64,000 nt of DNA from Patescibacteria group bacterium (GCA_018819405.1 JAHJQF010000001.1:665676-729675); one strand, 5' to 3'. Positions 17,162-27,000 are shown, counted from the stretch's first letter. Program-made: numbers and translations. Notes: generated by a model not told the origin, from the letters alone.

Positions 17162-17576
17162 TCAGCAGGAAACGGCCAGGAAAGTTTCAATGTACTCCAC
17201 AAAGTGCAGGACATTGAAGGGCTTGGGGAAAAAATGCGCTCCGTAGAGCTTCAACAGGTGTTCGATTTTCTTGGTCTTTTTGTGGCCGACGAGGATCACC
17301 GAACAATTTTTGCCCAGCTCCATGTCGTAGATAAGACCGCAGAGCCAGTTTCCGTCGATACGCTCGGCTTCGGCGATGACCACGTCCGGGAAAGGTCGTG
17401 TCTGGATCAACAACCCGATGACATCGACTGCACTGGTGACCAACTTGGCTTGTTTGTCCTGATTGGACCAGACGATGTTGGCGAGTACTTCATGACCAGC
17501 ACCACTGGTTTCCAGAGCGTGACGAAGGGTCTTGATGGTGTCGGCGTTGTCGTCGTAGATGAAAATGCGAGACATG
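17162..17576 (-). CDS. Single-domain CheY-like response-regulator receiver protein, possibly atypical at the phospho-acceptor position.
   Basis: The SD ataggaggtcccaacATG gives MSRIFIYDDNADTIKTLRHALE..PDVVIAEAERIDGNWL..KPF. The acidic pocket DD and the conserved Lys (KPF) are present. By alignment, the usual phospho-acceptor Asp appears to be Glu (VIAEAE). The track ORF 17162..17659 begins further upstream. Confidence 0.55.
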
Positions 17577-17655
17577 TTGGGACCTCCTATGTTCTGATTT
17601 GGCAAAACAAAAAAACGTCCCAACAATGAGACATTTTGTGTACGCCAAACCAGCG

Positions 17656-17889
17656 TCAATGCCGGTTGCGCTACTGACTCCCCATTGCCCTTGTCTCGAC
17701 ACTAAGTCGGACTAAGCGCCCAATTAATAGGCAACGGTTCTTCGTCTCATTGATTTTATAGAATCCTTTCTGTTTTGAAAGAGCTTGATTTATCAAAAAA
17801 ACACCTTTTTGAGGCGTTCCGACAAATCAAGCATCTGTTGCTTTGTTAATGTCGGTTACGCTACTAGCTCCCGACTGCCCTTAGCCTCG
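17656..17889. repeat. Two imperfect 43-nt direct repeats (17656-17698 and 17847-17889) flanking a 12-bp-stem hairpin (gcttgatttatc..gacaaatcaagc). They lie in the roughly 400-nt leader of the response-regulator gene.
   Basis: caatgccggttgcgctactgactccccattgcccttgtctcg and taatgtcggttacgctactagctcccgactgcccttagcctcg match at about 33 of 43 positions. A minus-strand promoter TTGACA-N17-TACTAT lies at 17987-18015. Confidence 0.4.
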
Positions 17890-18064
17890 GTTGGATTTAT
17901 TCCTTAGAATAATTTACCGGGCACAAGCGTCCAAATTACAGACAGTCATTCATTGCTCCATTGGTATTTTATTGTAAATTTATGACATAGTAGCACATAA
18001 TAAAATATTTGTCAAGAGTAGACAAATTGAAAAAAAGACCATTTTGTGGTATATTTGAGCCATA

Positions 18065-18153
18065 TGAATCCCGTTAGAAATTTACAAACTTTTGATGGGA
18101 TAAAATATTTAAAGTGTTTTAATAATTTTACTTAAATTTCTAACGGGATGAAA
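18065..18153 (+). repeat. Stop/start-bridging inverted-repeat element, copy A. The 5' arm is TGAATCCCGTTAGAAATTT. A 42-nt loop is followed by the 3' arm AAATTTCTAACGGG ATG AAA.
   Basis: The stem is 16 bp and perfect. The 3' arm ends in the start codon at 18148. An extended -10 element (TGgTATATT, about 18050-18060) puts the likely transcription start at the 5' arm. Confidence 0.75.
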
Positions 18154-19755
18154 ATATCACCAGAAATAATTTTGCTTTACAAAAAACTGGAGCAAATTTA
18201 TAAACATCAGGAGTCTCGGTCCAAAGAAGAAAACAAAATAGAGGTTGATGAAATTACCAGTCATTTTTCGGCTTTATATGAAAAGCTTAGAAATACCGTA
18301 GATTTTAAAGAAGTTCATCTTTTGCGCCGCTATGCTATAGAACGCAATCTTAAGAGGCGTTTTATTATGGAAGTTCTCAAGCCGCAAATCGCCCAAGGAC
18401 TGGTGGAGGATTTGGTTAGATCTGGATATCTGCCAAATAGGTCAATCCCTGAATATCAGATCAAAGAAGTTGAAAAAATTATCACCAAGTATAATGAATT
18501 GTTTTTATTAATGAACGATCTTTATCATGGTGATGAAATAAAAGAATACTTTGACTGGCTGATTGCGGTTGAGGCTTGTGAGATAGATATACTACTTCAT
18601 CCAGAGGATATTGCTGATGCAGTCATTGAGGCAATGTATCAGATTACCAAATCTAGGGTAAAGCTAAAAGGGGACGATCAGTTGAGTATCAAAGAAAAAA
18701 ATATTCAGCTTTATATTTCTATACATAAATCTTTGGTCAAGTCAGATGATATTATTATTTCTTATCATTTATTGAATTTGTATTATAGTGATTGGCAAAA
18801 TCCAGGTAGTCAGGCCATCAAAACTATGGCCACACATTTGCCGGAAATTTATAAGACCATTCAACATCATTTGAAGCATCCCTATCAAAGAAGTATTTTA
18901 AATTCCATCAAAGAACCAGTTGTGACTTTCAAGATTTTGCACGAGTTGATTATAGAGCAGGGCAAAGAAATATCCGAGCTATTGGTTGACCCTGATAGGC
19001 TAGAAGCTGAGGCCAAGCTTTTGATAAACAAAAAATACAAAAAAATCCGCAAAAGAATTTCCAACGCTTCCGTACGAGCTATTATTTATATTTTTATCAC
19101 CAAGGTAATGCTGGCTTTTATTTTGGAATTTCCGTATGAGATGTATATAATCAAACATCTTAATTATTTTAATCTTGGTATAAATGTTGTCTTTCCACCG
19201 CTCTTAATGTTTTTTGTAACTTTGACTATCAAACCTCCTAGTCAAAAAAATACCGACAGAATTTTGGAAAATATTCATAAAGTTGTATACAATGAGGCCG
19301 AGCAGTCAATCCTTTGTCAACTCAAGACCAAATACAACAAAAACATTGGCTACCAGATTTTTTATAATTTTATGTACACAGTTTTGTATATAGTTGTTTT
19401 TGGCGGTATCATCTATTGGCTCAAACGTATGGATTTTAATATACTTTCTGGGGCGATCTTTATTTTCTTTTTGACGGCAGTTAGTTTTTTTGCTATCAGA
19501 ATACGCTCCACAGCCAAAGAGCTGGTCATAGAAAAAAACAAAGAAGGGATATTTTCTTGGTTGATGAACTTTTTTGCTTTGCCAATTGTATCAGTCGGAC
19601 GATGGATGTCTACCAAATTTAAAAAAATTAACTTATTTGCCTTTATTATGGACTATATTATTGAGGCACCATTCAAGTTGTTTGTAGCTGCTTTTGAAGA
19701 TTGGTTGGGCTTTATGAGAGAAAAGAAAGAAGAGGTATTTCATGACAACAACTAA
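18148..19755 (+). CDS. Hypothetical polytopic membrane protein: a soluble N-terminal half and several C-terminal transmembrane helices.
   Basis: A 535-aa ORF. The C-terminus carries hydrophobic helices (IIYIFITKVMLAFILEF.., VVFPPLLMFFVTLTI..). No family was recognised. Confidence 0.5.
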   Translation: MKISPEIILLYKKLEQIYKHQESRSKEENKIEVDEITSHFSALYEKLRNTVDFKEVHLLRRYAIERNLKRRFIMEVLKPQIAQGLVEDLVRSGYLPNRSIPEYQIKEVEKIITKYNELFLLMNDLYHGDEIKEYFDWLIAVEACEIDILLHPEDIADAVIEAMYQITKSRVKLKGDDQLSIKEKNIQLYISIHKSLVKSDDIIISYHLLNLYYSDWQNPGSQAIKTMATHLPEIYKTIQHHLKHPYQRSILNSIKEPVVTFKILHELIIEQGKEISELLVDPDRLEAEAKLLINKKYKKIRKRISNASVRAIIYIFITKVMLAFILEFPYEMYIIKHLNYFNLGINVVFPPLLMFFVTLTIKPPSQKNTDRILENIHKVVYNEAEQSILCQLKTKYNKNIGYQIFYNFMYTVLYIVVFGGIIYWLKRMDFNILSGAIFIFFLTAVSFFAIRIRSTAKELVIEKNKEGIFSWLMNFFALPIVSVGRWMSTKFKKINLFAFIMDYIIEAPFKLFVAAFEDWLGFMREKKEEVFHDNN

Positions 19756-20209
19756 AGATTTTTATATAATCTGCCACAATATTAGGAGTTTATATAATAT
19801 TGGGACTATGTTTAGGACAGCTGATGCCTTGGGGCTTAGTCAGCTGTTTTTGACAGGTTATAGTGGTCGTCCGCCCAGAAAAGAAATATCTAAGGTAGCC
19901 CTAGGTGCCGAAGAGTCTGTATCTTGGCAGTATTATAAAAATATTTCTTATTTAATAAAAAAATTAAAAAGCAGAGGAGTGTCTATCGTAGCTTTGGAGA
20001 CTGACAAAAGATCTATCAACTATCTAGATTTTAAACCAAAATTTCCTCTAGCTCTTATAGTAGGTAATGAAGTACGAGGGATATCAAAATCAACTCTCAA
20101 AAACGCTGATTACATAATAGAGCTACCAATGCATGGCATCAAAGAATCTCTCAATGTTGGTGTGGCTATGGCAGTGGCTGGTTATTATATTGGTCAGTTT
20201 AAAAACTAG
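19742..20209 (+). CDS. SpoU/TrmH-family RNA 2'-O-methyltransferase (TrmL-like, 155 aa).
   Basis: The stretches FYIICHNIRSLYNIGTMFRTADALG, LIVGNEVRGIS and ELPMHGIKESLNVGVAMAV match the SPOUT fold motifs. It overlaps the upstream gene by 14 nt. Confidence 0.75.
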   Translation: MTTTKDFYIICHNIRSLYNIGTMFRTADALGLSQLFLTGYSGRPPRKEISKVALGAEESVSWQYYKNISYLIKKLKSRGVSIVALETDKRSINYLDFKPKFPLALIVGNEVRGISKSTLKNADYIIELPMHGIKESLNVGVAMAVAGYYIGQFKN

Positions 20210-20317
20210 TGGCATAGATTGTTTATTTTTGGTATAATAAATTTAAGTTTCAGGTTATAAAGCTTCTCTGGCTTTAGATTTTGGACTTTAAATGGGCTTA
20301 ACTTTTAACTAAAACTT

Positions 20318-20545
20318 ATGTCACTGCATAAAGTTGTTGAGTTAATATTTACATTGGTAATACTTTTATTTTTGGCTATTATAGTGCTGGGCGTATTAGT
20401 AGGTATTACTATAGTCCAACAATTATCTTATTTTGATGTGGGAGTTACCGGACAATTTATTTTTGTCGGTGGAATGTTTGCAATTTTTATGTATATCATG
20501 AAGATGATTGTTGATCGCATCAAAGATTATAATCGCTATATCTAA
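20318..20545 (+). CDS. Small hypothetical membrane protein, 75 aa with two transmembrane helices.
   Basis: The sequence includes LIFTLVILLFLAIIVLGVLVGITIV and FIFVGGMFAIFMYIM. Confidence 0.4.
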   Translation: MSLHKVVELIFTLVILLFLAIIVLGVLVGITIVQQLSYFDVGVTGQFIFVGGMFAIFMYIMKMIVDRIKDYNRYI

Positions 20546-20572
20546 TTAAGTTTAACTTCAACTTGAGATCAG

Positions 20573-21577
20573 TTGAAAGTTCAAAATATGATAAAAAATA
20601 AAGTTACTACCATTGGCGGAGCAACTCGCGATATAATGTTTTATACTGATGATATGCTTATTTTGGATAATAAAGCCGATTTGCTTCGTCAAAAGCTGAT
20701 TGCTTTTGAATACGGCGCCAAGATTTATAGTAAAGATGTTTACTTGACTTTTGGTGGCGGGGGTATGAATACGGCAGTCAATTTTGCTAATTTGGGCATC
20801 AGCACTCAGACGGTTTTGTCTTTGGGTAGTGATTTGGTGGGACTTGAAATAATCAAATATCTGAAGGATAAAAAAATCTCTACCAAATTTGTCCAAACTC
20901 AAAAAAATATTCATACCGGCACCTCATTTATTGTCAATGTTGGCCACTTCAATGAACATGTTATCTTTGCCTACCGTGGTGCCAATGAAAAAATGGATTT
21001 ATCCAAAGCAGTTATTAAAAAGATAAATACAGACTGGGTTTATTTGACTTCACTTTCTGGTAATTTTAAAGCGGGTTTGGATAATATTTTTGATCAGGCG
21101 CTAAAGAAAAATATAAAAATAGCCTGGAATCCTGGGTCAAATCAGCTCAAAATGGGCCTAAAAAAACTGGCTAGATATATGAAACATACCACTATTTTTG
21201 ATGTCAATCGTGATGAAGCTTTGGAATTAGTAATTAGTATCAAAGGCAAAAACATTAAAAATAATATTAATCAGCTTTTAAAATTTTTGCATAGTTATGG
21301 TCAAAAAATAACAGTCATTACCGATGGACACAAAGGCGCTTATGTTTATGACGGCGAAAAGACATATTTTCGGGCAGCTTCTAAAAAACGTGGTATCAAT
21401 ACTACCGGAGCTGGTGATTCTTTTGGTTCCAGTTTTGTAGCCGGTCTTATCAGATACAAAGGTAATGTAGAAAAATCTCTCAAGCTGGCCATTATAAACA
21501 GTAATGCAGTAATTATGAAAATTGGTGCTCAAGAGGGTTTGCTGACAGTCAGGGATTTAAAAAAATATAATTTATAA
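20573..21577 (+). CDS. PfkB-family carbohydrate kinase (ribokinase-like).
   Basis: The N-terminus VTTIGGATRD and the stretch TFGGGGMNTAVNFANLG match the family. The C-terminus carries the PfkB signature NTTGAGDSFGSSFVAGL. An alternative start lies at 20588. Confidence 0.75.
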   Translation: MKVQNMIKNKVTTIGGATRDIMFYTDDMLILDNKADLLRQKLIAFEYGAKIYSKDVYLTFGGGGMNTAVNFANLGISTQTVLSLGSDLVGLEIIKYLKDKKISTKFVQTQKNIHTGTSFIVNVGHFNEHVIFAYRGANEKMDLSKAVIKKINTDWVYLTSLSGNFKAGLDNIFDQALKKNIKIAWNPGSNQLKMGLKKLARYMKHTTIFDVNRDEALELVISIKGKNIKNNINQLLKFLHSYGQKITVITDGHKGAYVYDGEKTYFRAASKKRGINTTGAGDSFGSSFVAGLIRYKGNVEKSLKLAIINSNAVIMKIGAQEGLLTVRDLKKYNL

Positions 21578-21579
21578 AT

Positions 21580-22146
21580 ATGAAAAAAGTAATTGCTGAA
21601 ATTTCCGCTAGACATATTCATATTTCCAGAGCCCATTTGGACAAGCTTTTTGGTAAAGGCTACCAATTAAAATCAATCAAAGAATTGTCACAGCCTGGTG
21701 AATTTGGGGCCGAAGAAAGAGTAGAGGTAATTGGTCCAAAAAATAGTATAATGATGCGTATAGTTGGTCCGATAAGAGATAAGACTCAGATTGAGCTGGC
21801 CGCTACTGATGCCAGAACTCTAGGAATTAGACCTGAATTTAGAGTATCTGGTGATCTCAAAGGCACGCCAGGTGGTGTGACACTCAAAGGGCCAAAAGGC
21901 TCAGTCAAATTGCTAACTGGCGTGATAGTGCCACTTAGACATCTGCATATATCAACTGAAGAAGCCAAAAAATGGCAATTAAAAACCGGCCAAAAAGTAA
22001 AAGCCAAAGTAGGTGGTCCCCGCGGATTGATACTGGAAAATATCGTAGTCCGAGTTGGCAACTTTAGTACTAGTATTCATCTGGATACCGACGAAGGCAA
22101 CGCCGCCGGATTACTGAGTTGTAGCAAAATAGACTTGATTTTATGA
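21580..22146 (+). CDS. PduL-like phosphate acyltransferase (phosphotransacylase).
   Basis: Two PduL-type motifs are present: SARHIHISRAHLDKLFG and PLRHLHISTEEAKKW. Length is 188 aa. It sits directly upstream of acetate kinase. Confidence 0.7.
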   Translation: MKKVIAEISARHIHISRAHLDKLFGKGYQLKSIKELSQPGEFGAEERVEVIGPKNSIMMRIVGPIRDKTQIELAATDARTLGIRPEFRVSGDLKGTPGGVTLKGPKGSVKLLTGVIVPLRHLHISTEEAKKWQLKTGQKVKAKVGGPRGLILENIVVRVGNFSTSIHLDTDEGNAAGLLSCSKIDLIL

Positions 22147-22224
22147 ACCCAGTTAGAAATTCACAAAATTATATTTTACTAATGGGGAAAAATTATTTAA
22201 TAATTAATTTCTAACGGGGTGAAA
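22144..22224 (+). repeat. Stop/start-bridging inverted-repeat element, copy B. The 5' arm TGAACCCAGTTAGAAATTC contains the pduL stop TGA; the 3' arm AATTTCTAACGGG GTG AAA contains the ackA GTG start.
   Basis: The stem is 14 bp with one mismatch and the loop is 42 nt. The loop holds a 10-codon mini-ORF (ATGGGGAAAAATTATTTAATAATTAATTTCTAA) that ends at the TAA inside the 3' arm. Confidence 0.75.
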
Positions 22225-23367
22225 CATTTACTCGTCTTAAACAATGGAAGTAGTAGTTTGAAATTTGCGGTTTTTGAAACTGTCGGTCAGAAGCTTGGTA
22301 AAGAAATATTATCAGGAGCTGTCTCTCTTAGCGGCGACAAGAGTGTTTTGTCATATCGTTTAAAAAGAAAAAAATATAAAATAAATTATCAAAGCGGATA
22401 CAATATTAAGCTTTGGTGGGAGTATATTTATGACTTACTTGGTCAGTTTGATATACAATATGTTGGTTTTCGGATGGTCCATGGTGGTGAAGAATTTACC
22501 AGCACTACAAAAGTAGATAGTTTATTTTTGAACAAAATAAAAAAATATAATAAATTAGCGCCACTTCACAATCCAGTTACTTTACTTCTTATCAGATTGG
22601 TCAAAACTAGCTTACCTAGAGTCAAAATGTCAGTTTCCTTTGATACTTCTTGGTACAAAAATCTTGAGCCAGAAGCTTATCTGTATTCAATCCCCTTAAA
22701 ATATTATACTGAACACAAAATCAGAAAATATGGTTTTCACGGTTTGAGTCACGAAGCGGCCACCAGTTATGCCGGACTGCTTTTACACAAAAAACCTGAT
22801 AAACTACGACTGATTACTTGTCATCTGGGCTCAGGCAGTAGTATTACTTGGTATATGGATGGCTTGGTCAAGGACACTACTATGGGCTTTTCACCCAATG
22901 AAGGACTGACTATGGCTACCAGAAGTGGTGATATACCAGCCAACATTGTATTTTATTTGGCCAAGTCTGCCAAAATGACTTTGATAGAAATAAATAAATT
23001 ATTAAATAAAAAATCAGGGCTATTAGGTTTATCTGGTATGGCCGATCTCAGAGAGGTTTTGTTGGCCAGTGGTTACAAGGTAGAAGGCTACAAATCAAAG
23101 AAAAAATTTAGTCCCCTTCAAAAAAAATCCGCCCGCTTAGCTTTACATATTTATATATATGATATTAAAAGATATTTGGCCTCATATCTTGGTATGAGTA
23201 AAAATCTAGACGCTATTGTTTTTACTGGGGCAGTCGGAGCCAATCCTCAGATTAGAAAAATGGTTTTAGCGGGTTTGAACATAGATAAAAAAACAAAAGT
23301 TTTATTTGCTCCAGAAGGAGAAATAGAAAATATCGCTAAAAAAACAATCTTATGTTTGATAAAATAA
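22219..23367 (+). CDS. ackA: Acetate kinase (GTG start).
   Basis: The N-terminus LLVLNNGSSSLKFAVFE matches acetate kinase. FRMVHGGEEF and ITCHLGSGSSI are the acetate/propionate kinase signatures. Confidence 0.85.
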   Translation: MKHLLVLNNGSSSLKFAVFETVGQKLGKEILSGAVSLSGDKSVLSYRLKRKKYKINYQSGYNIKLWWEYIYDLLGQFDIQYVGFRMVHGGEEFTSTTKVDSLFLNKIKKYNKLAPLHNPVTLLLIRLVKTSLPRVKMSVSFDTSWYKNLEPEAYLYSIPLKYYTEHKIRKYGFHGLSHEAATSYAGLLLHKKPDKLRLITCHLGSGSSITWYMDGLVKDTTMGFSPNEGLTMATRSGDIPANIVFYLAKSAKMTLIEINKLLNKKSGLLGLSGMADLREVLLASGYKVEGYKSKKKFSPLQKKSARLALHIYIYDIKRYLASYLGMSKNLDAIVFTGAVGANPQIRKMVLAGLNIDKKTKVLFAPEGEIENIAKKTILCLIK

Positions 23368-23732
23368 AATTAATTGCTCAGGCCGATGATCAGATTTTAA
23401 AAAATCTTAATCAGACAGAGCAGGAATTAATAGACTTAAATAATGAAGTAAATATTATGTTGTCCGATTATGACAAAAATTCCCATAGTTTTTCCTCATT
23501 TTTTGATTTTTCTAATCCATTTTTTCTGGTGACTCTGATAGGTTTGACGCTTCTAGCTATTGGCTTGTGGTTTTTGTATCTGGAATTAAAAAATTCTCCT
23601 GGCAAAGCAAAGACAAGGCCACAAACTGAACCGTCAAAGCCAAGCCAGCCTAGTCCTAAAGAAGAAAAGAAAGACATACCACCAGTTAAAAAGAAAAAAT
23701 CAGTCAAAATAAAAGTTGTCAAAGTAAAATAG
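23352..23732 (+). CDS. Hypothetical membrane-anchored protein with a Lys/Pro-rich C-terminus.
   Basis: There is one transmembrane segment (FFLVTLIGLTLLAIGLWFLYL). The tail reads KTRPQTEPSKPSQPSPKEEKKDIPPVKKKKSVKIKVVKVK. Confidence 0.4.
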   Translation: MFDKIKLIAQADDQILKNLNQTEQELIDLNNEVNIMLSDYDKNSHSFSSFFDFSNPFFLVTLIGLTLLAIGLWFLYLELKNSPGKAKTRPQTEPSKPSQPSPKEEKKDIPPVKKKKSVKIKVVKVK

Positions 23733-23749
23733 TTTTGTTAAAATGACTC

Positions 23750-23782
23750 GTGTTTAAACCCCCAATTATAAAGGGGGTTTAA
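23750..23782 (+). terminator. GC-clamped hairpin TTTAAACCCCC-aattataaa-GGGGGTTTAA, placed 12 nt before the recJ ATG. It is terminator-like and belongs to the TTAA-CCCC hairpin class.
   Basis: The inverted repeat is perfect and 11 bp long. Confidence 0.5.
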
Positions 23783-23794
23783 GTATCTAAAATT

Positions 23795-25495
23795 ATGTCA
23801 TATACTTGGAAATTACCTGAAAAAAATAATATAGACTTTAGCAAAAATTTTCCTGAGCTGGATCAAACTGTTGCTCAGTTGCTTTTTAATCGTGGTCTGA
23901 CTAGCCAGGCTCAGGTTGATGAGTTTTTACAGCCTGACTATAGTCAGGATATACATGATCCATATTTATTTAAAGATATGGAAAAAGCCTGTAACAGGGT
24001 TTATCAGGCAGTAGACAAAAATGAATTAATTACTATCTACGGAGATTATGATGCCGACGGAGTATGTTCGTCAGTTATTTTAAAAACAGCCTTAGAAATC
24101 ATTGGCGCCAAAGTAGAGGTATATTTACCCCATCGAGAAAAAGAAGGTTATGGGCTCAATGCTAGAGCAATAGAAGAGCTCGCGGAAAATAATACTAAAC
24201 TTATTATTACTTGTGATTGTGGCATTAGTAATGCTTTGGAGGTTGATATAGCCAACAAAAAAGCTATGGACGTTATAGTGACGGATCATCATGCCATACC
24301 GGAAAATTTGCCAAAAGCCAAAGCGATTATTCATCCTCAGGTAGAAGGTGAAAAATATCCCTTCAAATTTTTGGCTGGCGGGGGAGTGGCTTTTAAATTT
24401 TCTCAGGCACTTATTATCAATTTAAAAAACAAGCAGTCCGACAATGAAAAAGAACTACATGAAAAATGGTTGCTTGATTTAGTAGCTGTTTCCACTGTAG
24501 CCGATATGGTACCTCTGTTGGGAGAAAATAGGACTTTACTTAAATATGGTCTAAAAGTCTTGAAAAAAAATAGGCGCCTAGGTATGAAAAAGCTGATAGA
24601 AGTAGCTAATCTTGATGTTGAAAAATTAGATGCCAGAACTATTGCATTTTCTATTGCCCCACGTATCAATGCTGCTGGACGAATGGATCATGCCAATTTG
24701 GCCTATTATCTGATGATAGAAAAAGATCAAGACAATGCCACGCAGCTAGCTCGTGATCTTAATAGCTCAAATATTGAAAGACAAAAACTCACCGAACAGA
24801 TTATAAAATCAGCTAGAACCAAAGAAATTAATGAAGATGATTATCTTTATACATTTTTTGATAAAGATTGGTCAGTTGGTCTGACTGGTTTAGTAGCCGG
24901 CCGCCTGGTCAGAGAGTTTGCCAAACCAGCGATAGTCATGACGGAAGTAGACGGCAAGATAATCGGTTCTGGTCGAAGCGTCAAAGGATTTAATATTTCC
25001 AAAGCCTTAAAAGAACTAGAATCATTCTTGGAAAGATATGGTGGTCACCCGCAGGCGGCCGGATTTGCTATGGATAAAAAAAATCTGGACGAATTTTGTA
25101 AAGGTTTGAAAAAAATAGCTGCCCGTGATCTGGCCGGCCAAGATCTAAAACCCGAATTAGAAATAGAACTAGTGATAGATTTTGAAGATATAAATTGGTC
25201 TATAGTGGATATGTTGGACAAATTTGATCCCTATGGACAGGCCAATCCTGAACCGGTTTTTATGTCAAAAGAGGTCAAAGTAACTGGTGTTAGAAAAGTT
25301 GGCAACGATAATCGTCATCTCAAATTGGAACTAGCCAAAGGAAATAAAACCAAGGGGGCAATTGCTTTTGGTCTTGGCGATAGGGAGATTGAAATTGGTG
25401 ATATGGTTGATATAGTATATAATTTAAATATCAATCAATGGAATGGCAATCGAGAAATTCAATTAAATATTTTAGATATTCATCCCGTGAAATAA
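23795..25495 (+). CDS. recJ: Single-stranded-DNA-specific exonuclease RecJ.
   Basis: The DHH motifs ITIYGDYDADGVCSSVIL and VIVTDHHAIPE are present. The DHHA1 region is GGHPQAAGFAM. Length is 566 aa. Confidence 0.85.
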   Translation: MSYTWKLPEKNNIDFSKNFPELDQTVAQLLFNRGLTSQAQVDEFLQPDYSQDIHDPYLFKDMEKACNRVYQAVDKNELITIYGDYDADGVCSSVILKTALEIIGAKVEVYLPHREKEGYGLNARAIEELAENNTKLIITCDCGISNALEVDIANKKAMDVIVTDHHAIPENLPKAKAIIHPQVEGEKYPFKFLAGGGVAFKFSQALIINLKNKQSDNEKELHEKWLLDLVAVSTVADMVPLLGENRTLLKYGLKVLKKNRRLGMKKLIEVANLDVEKLDARTIAFSIAPRINAAGRMDHANLAYYLMIEKDQDNATQLARDLNSSNIERQKLTEQIIKSARTKEINEDDYLYTFFDKDWSVGLTGLVAGRLVREFAKPAIVMTEVDGKIIGSGRSVKGFNISKALKELESFLERYGGHPQAAGFAMDKKNLDEFCKGLKKIAARDLAGQDLKPELEIELVIDFEDINWSIVDMLDKFDPYGQANPEPVFMSKEVKVTGVRKVGNDNRHLKLELAKGNKTKGAIAFGLGDREIEIGDMVDIVYNLNINQWNGNREIQLNILDIHPVK

Positions 25496-25525
25496 ATTTA
25501 AATATATTATATTTGTGAAAAAAAC

Positions 25526-25933
25526 ATGACTTATAGATTATTTACAGACGGCGGAGCACGTGGCAATCCAGGGCCAGCTGCTATTGGCGGGATTTTGTAT
25601 CAGGATAAACAAGAAATTTCTTCTTTTTCCGAATATATTGGTGAGACTACCAATAATCAAGCCGAATATAAAGCGCTTATCAAAGGGCTGGAAACAGCTT
25701 TGGCAAAGGATGTGTTTGAGTTGTCTTGTTTTTTGGATAGTGAATTGGTAGTCAAGCAGCTGAATAAAGAATATAAAGTAAAGGATAAAGAACTGGCTAA
25801 AATTTTTGTCCAAGCTTGGAATCTAACATTAAAATTCAAAAAAATTACTTTTTCTCATGTCAGGCGAGAATTAAACAAAGAAGCTGATAAATTGGTCAAT
25901 CAAGCGTTGGACAATAAGATGAGAACTGCCTAA
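25526..25933 (+). CDS. rnhA: Ribonuclease H (compact RNase HI-like).
   Basis: LFTDGGARGNPGPAAIGGILY..TNNQAEYKALIKGLETAL matches the RNase H catalytic core. A terminator (gcctaagtaggcggttttta) follows. Confidence 0.8.
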   Translation: MTYRLFTDGGARGNPGPAAIGGILYQDKQEISSFSEYIGETTNNQAEYKALIKGLETALAKDVFELSCFLDSELVVKQLNKEYKVKDKELAKIFVQAWNLTLKFKKITFSHVRRELNKEADKLVNQALDNKMRTA

Positions 25934-25998
25934 GTAGGCGGTTTTTATTTAGATATCAACAGTTGATTTTTAATAGCAAAAATGGTATTTTATATGTA

Positions 25999-27000
25999 AT
26001 GCCATATGAATTCAAATGGCCTATTTATGGTCATAAAAATCAGCTAAAATTTCTTCAACAGGCAATTTTGCAAGACAAATTGCCTAATACTTATCTTTTT
26101 TATGGTCCAGCCGGCTTGGGCAAAAAAATGGTAGTAGATTATTTTGTCAAAAGTTATTATTGTTTGGATACCAAAGCCAAGCCTTGTGACAAGTGCGATC
26201 ATTGTCGGATGATAAATAAAGGCACTTTTTTAAATGTATACAAACTGGGAGACAGAGAAGATTTGTCTATAGAAAATATACGTGAATTTTTGTACAAGCT
26301 GTCTCTTTCCAATTTTGAGGGTAATCACAAGATTGCTATTATCTATGGCACCGAAACAATCAATTTATTTGGAGCCAATGCTCTTTTAAAGACTTTGGAA
26401 GAACCACCAACCAATACTACTATCATTATGATAGCTGATTCAATAGTAGATTTGCCGGCCACAGTAATATCTCGTGCCCAATTGCTAAAGTTTCAATCTT
26501 TATCTAGGGTTGATATGCAAGAGTGGTTGGCAAGCTATGATTATAGTCGTGAAGAAAAAGATACTATTATCAATTTATCTTTTGGTAAACCGGGCGTAGC
26601 GCTGCGTCTAATGGGAGACAATTTAGCTAGTTTTAAGAAAAATTGTAATTTTATAATCAAACTATTATCAGCTGATACTTTTAGTTATATGCAAGCTATA
26701 GACAGATGGTTTGAAATTTTAAAAAAAGAATATCCGGGGTACAAGGTCTATGAACTGGGCAAATTAACTTCTCAATATTTAGATTTGTTGGAGATATTTT
26801 TGCGCGATATTTTATGGATCAAGATTGACAAGTCTATTGCCAATGAAATTTATCGTACAGATTTGGAAAAAATTGCCAAAAATTTTGATTTGAAAAAATT
26901 ATTAAATAATCTCTTATCATTAAACAGTGTTAAGCAGAAAATAAAACATAATGTGTCTCCTCAGCTTTTGTGGGAAAATTTATTTTTAAGTATCAAATAA
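25999..27000 (+). CDS. holB: DNA polymerase III delta' subunit (clamp-loader).
   Basis: The stretch LPNTYLFYGPAGLGKKMV, the zinc module CDKCDHCRMI and the motif ALLKTLEEPP match delta'. An ATG start is assumed at 25999; the track ORF starts at the TTG at 25963. Confidence 0.7.
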   Translation: MPYEFKWPIYGHKNQLKFLQQAILQDKLPNTYLFYGPAGLGKKMVVDYFVKSYYCLDTKAKPCDKCDHCRMINKGTFLNVYKLGDREDLSIENIREFLYKLSLSNFEGNHKIAIIYGTETINLFGANALLKTLEEPPTNTTIIMIADSIVDLPATVISRAQLLKFQSLSRVDMQEWLASYDYSREEKDTIINLSFGKPGVALRLMGDNLASFKKNCNFIIKLLSADTFSYMQAIDRWFEILKKEYPGYKVYELGKLTSQYLDLLEIFLRDILWIKIDKSIANEIYRTDLEKIAKNFDLKKLLNNLLSLNSVKQKIKHNVSPQLLWENLFLSIK

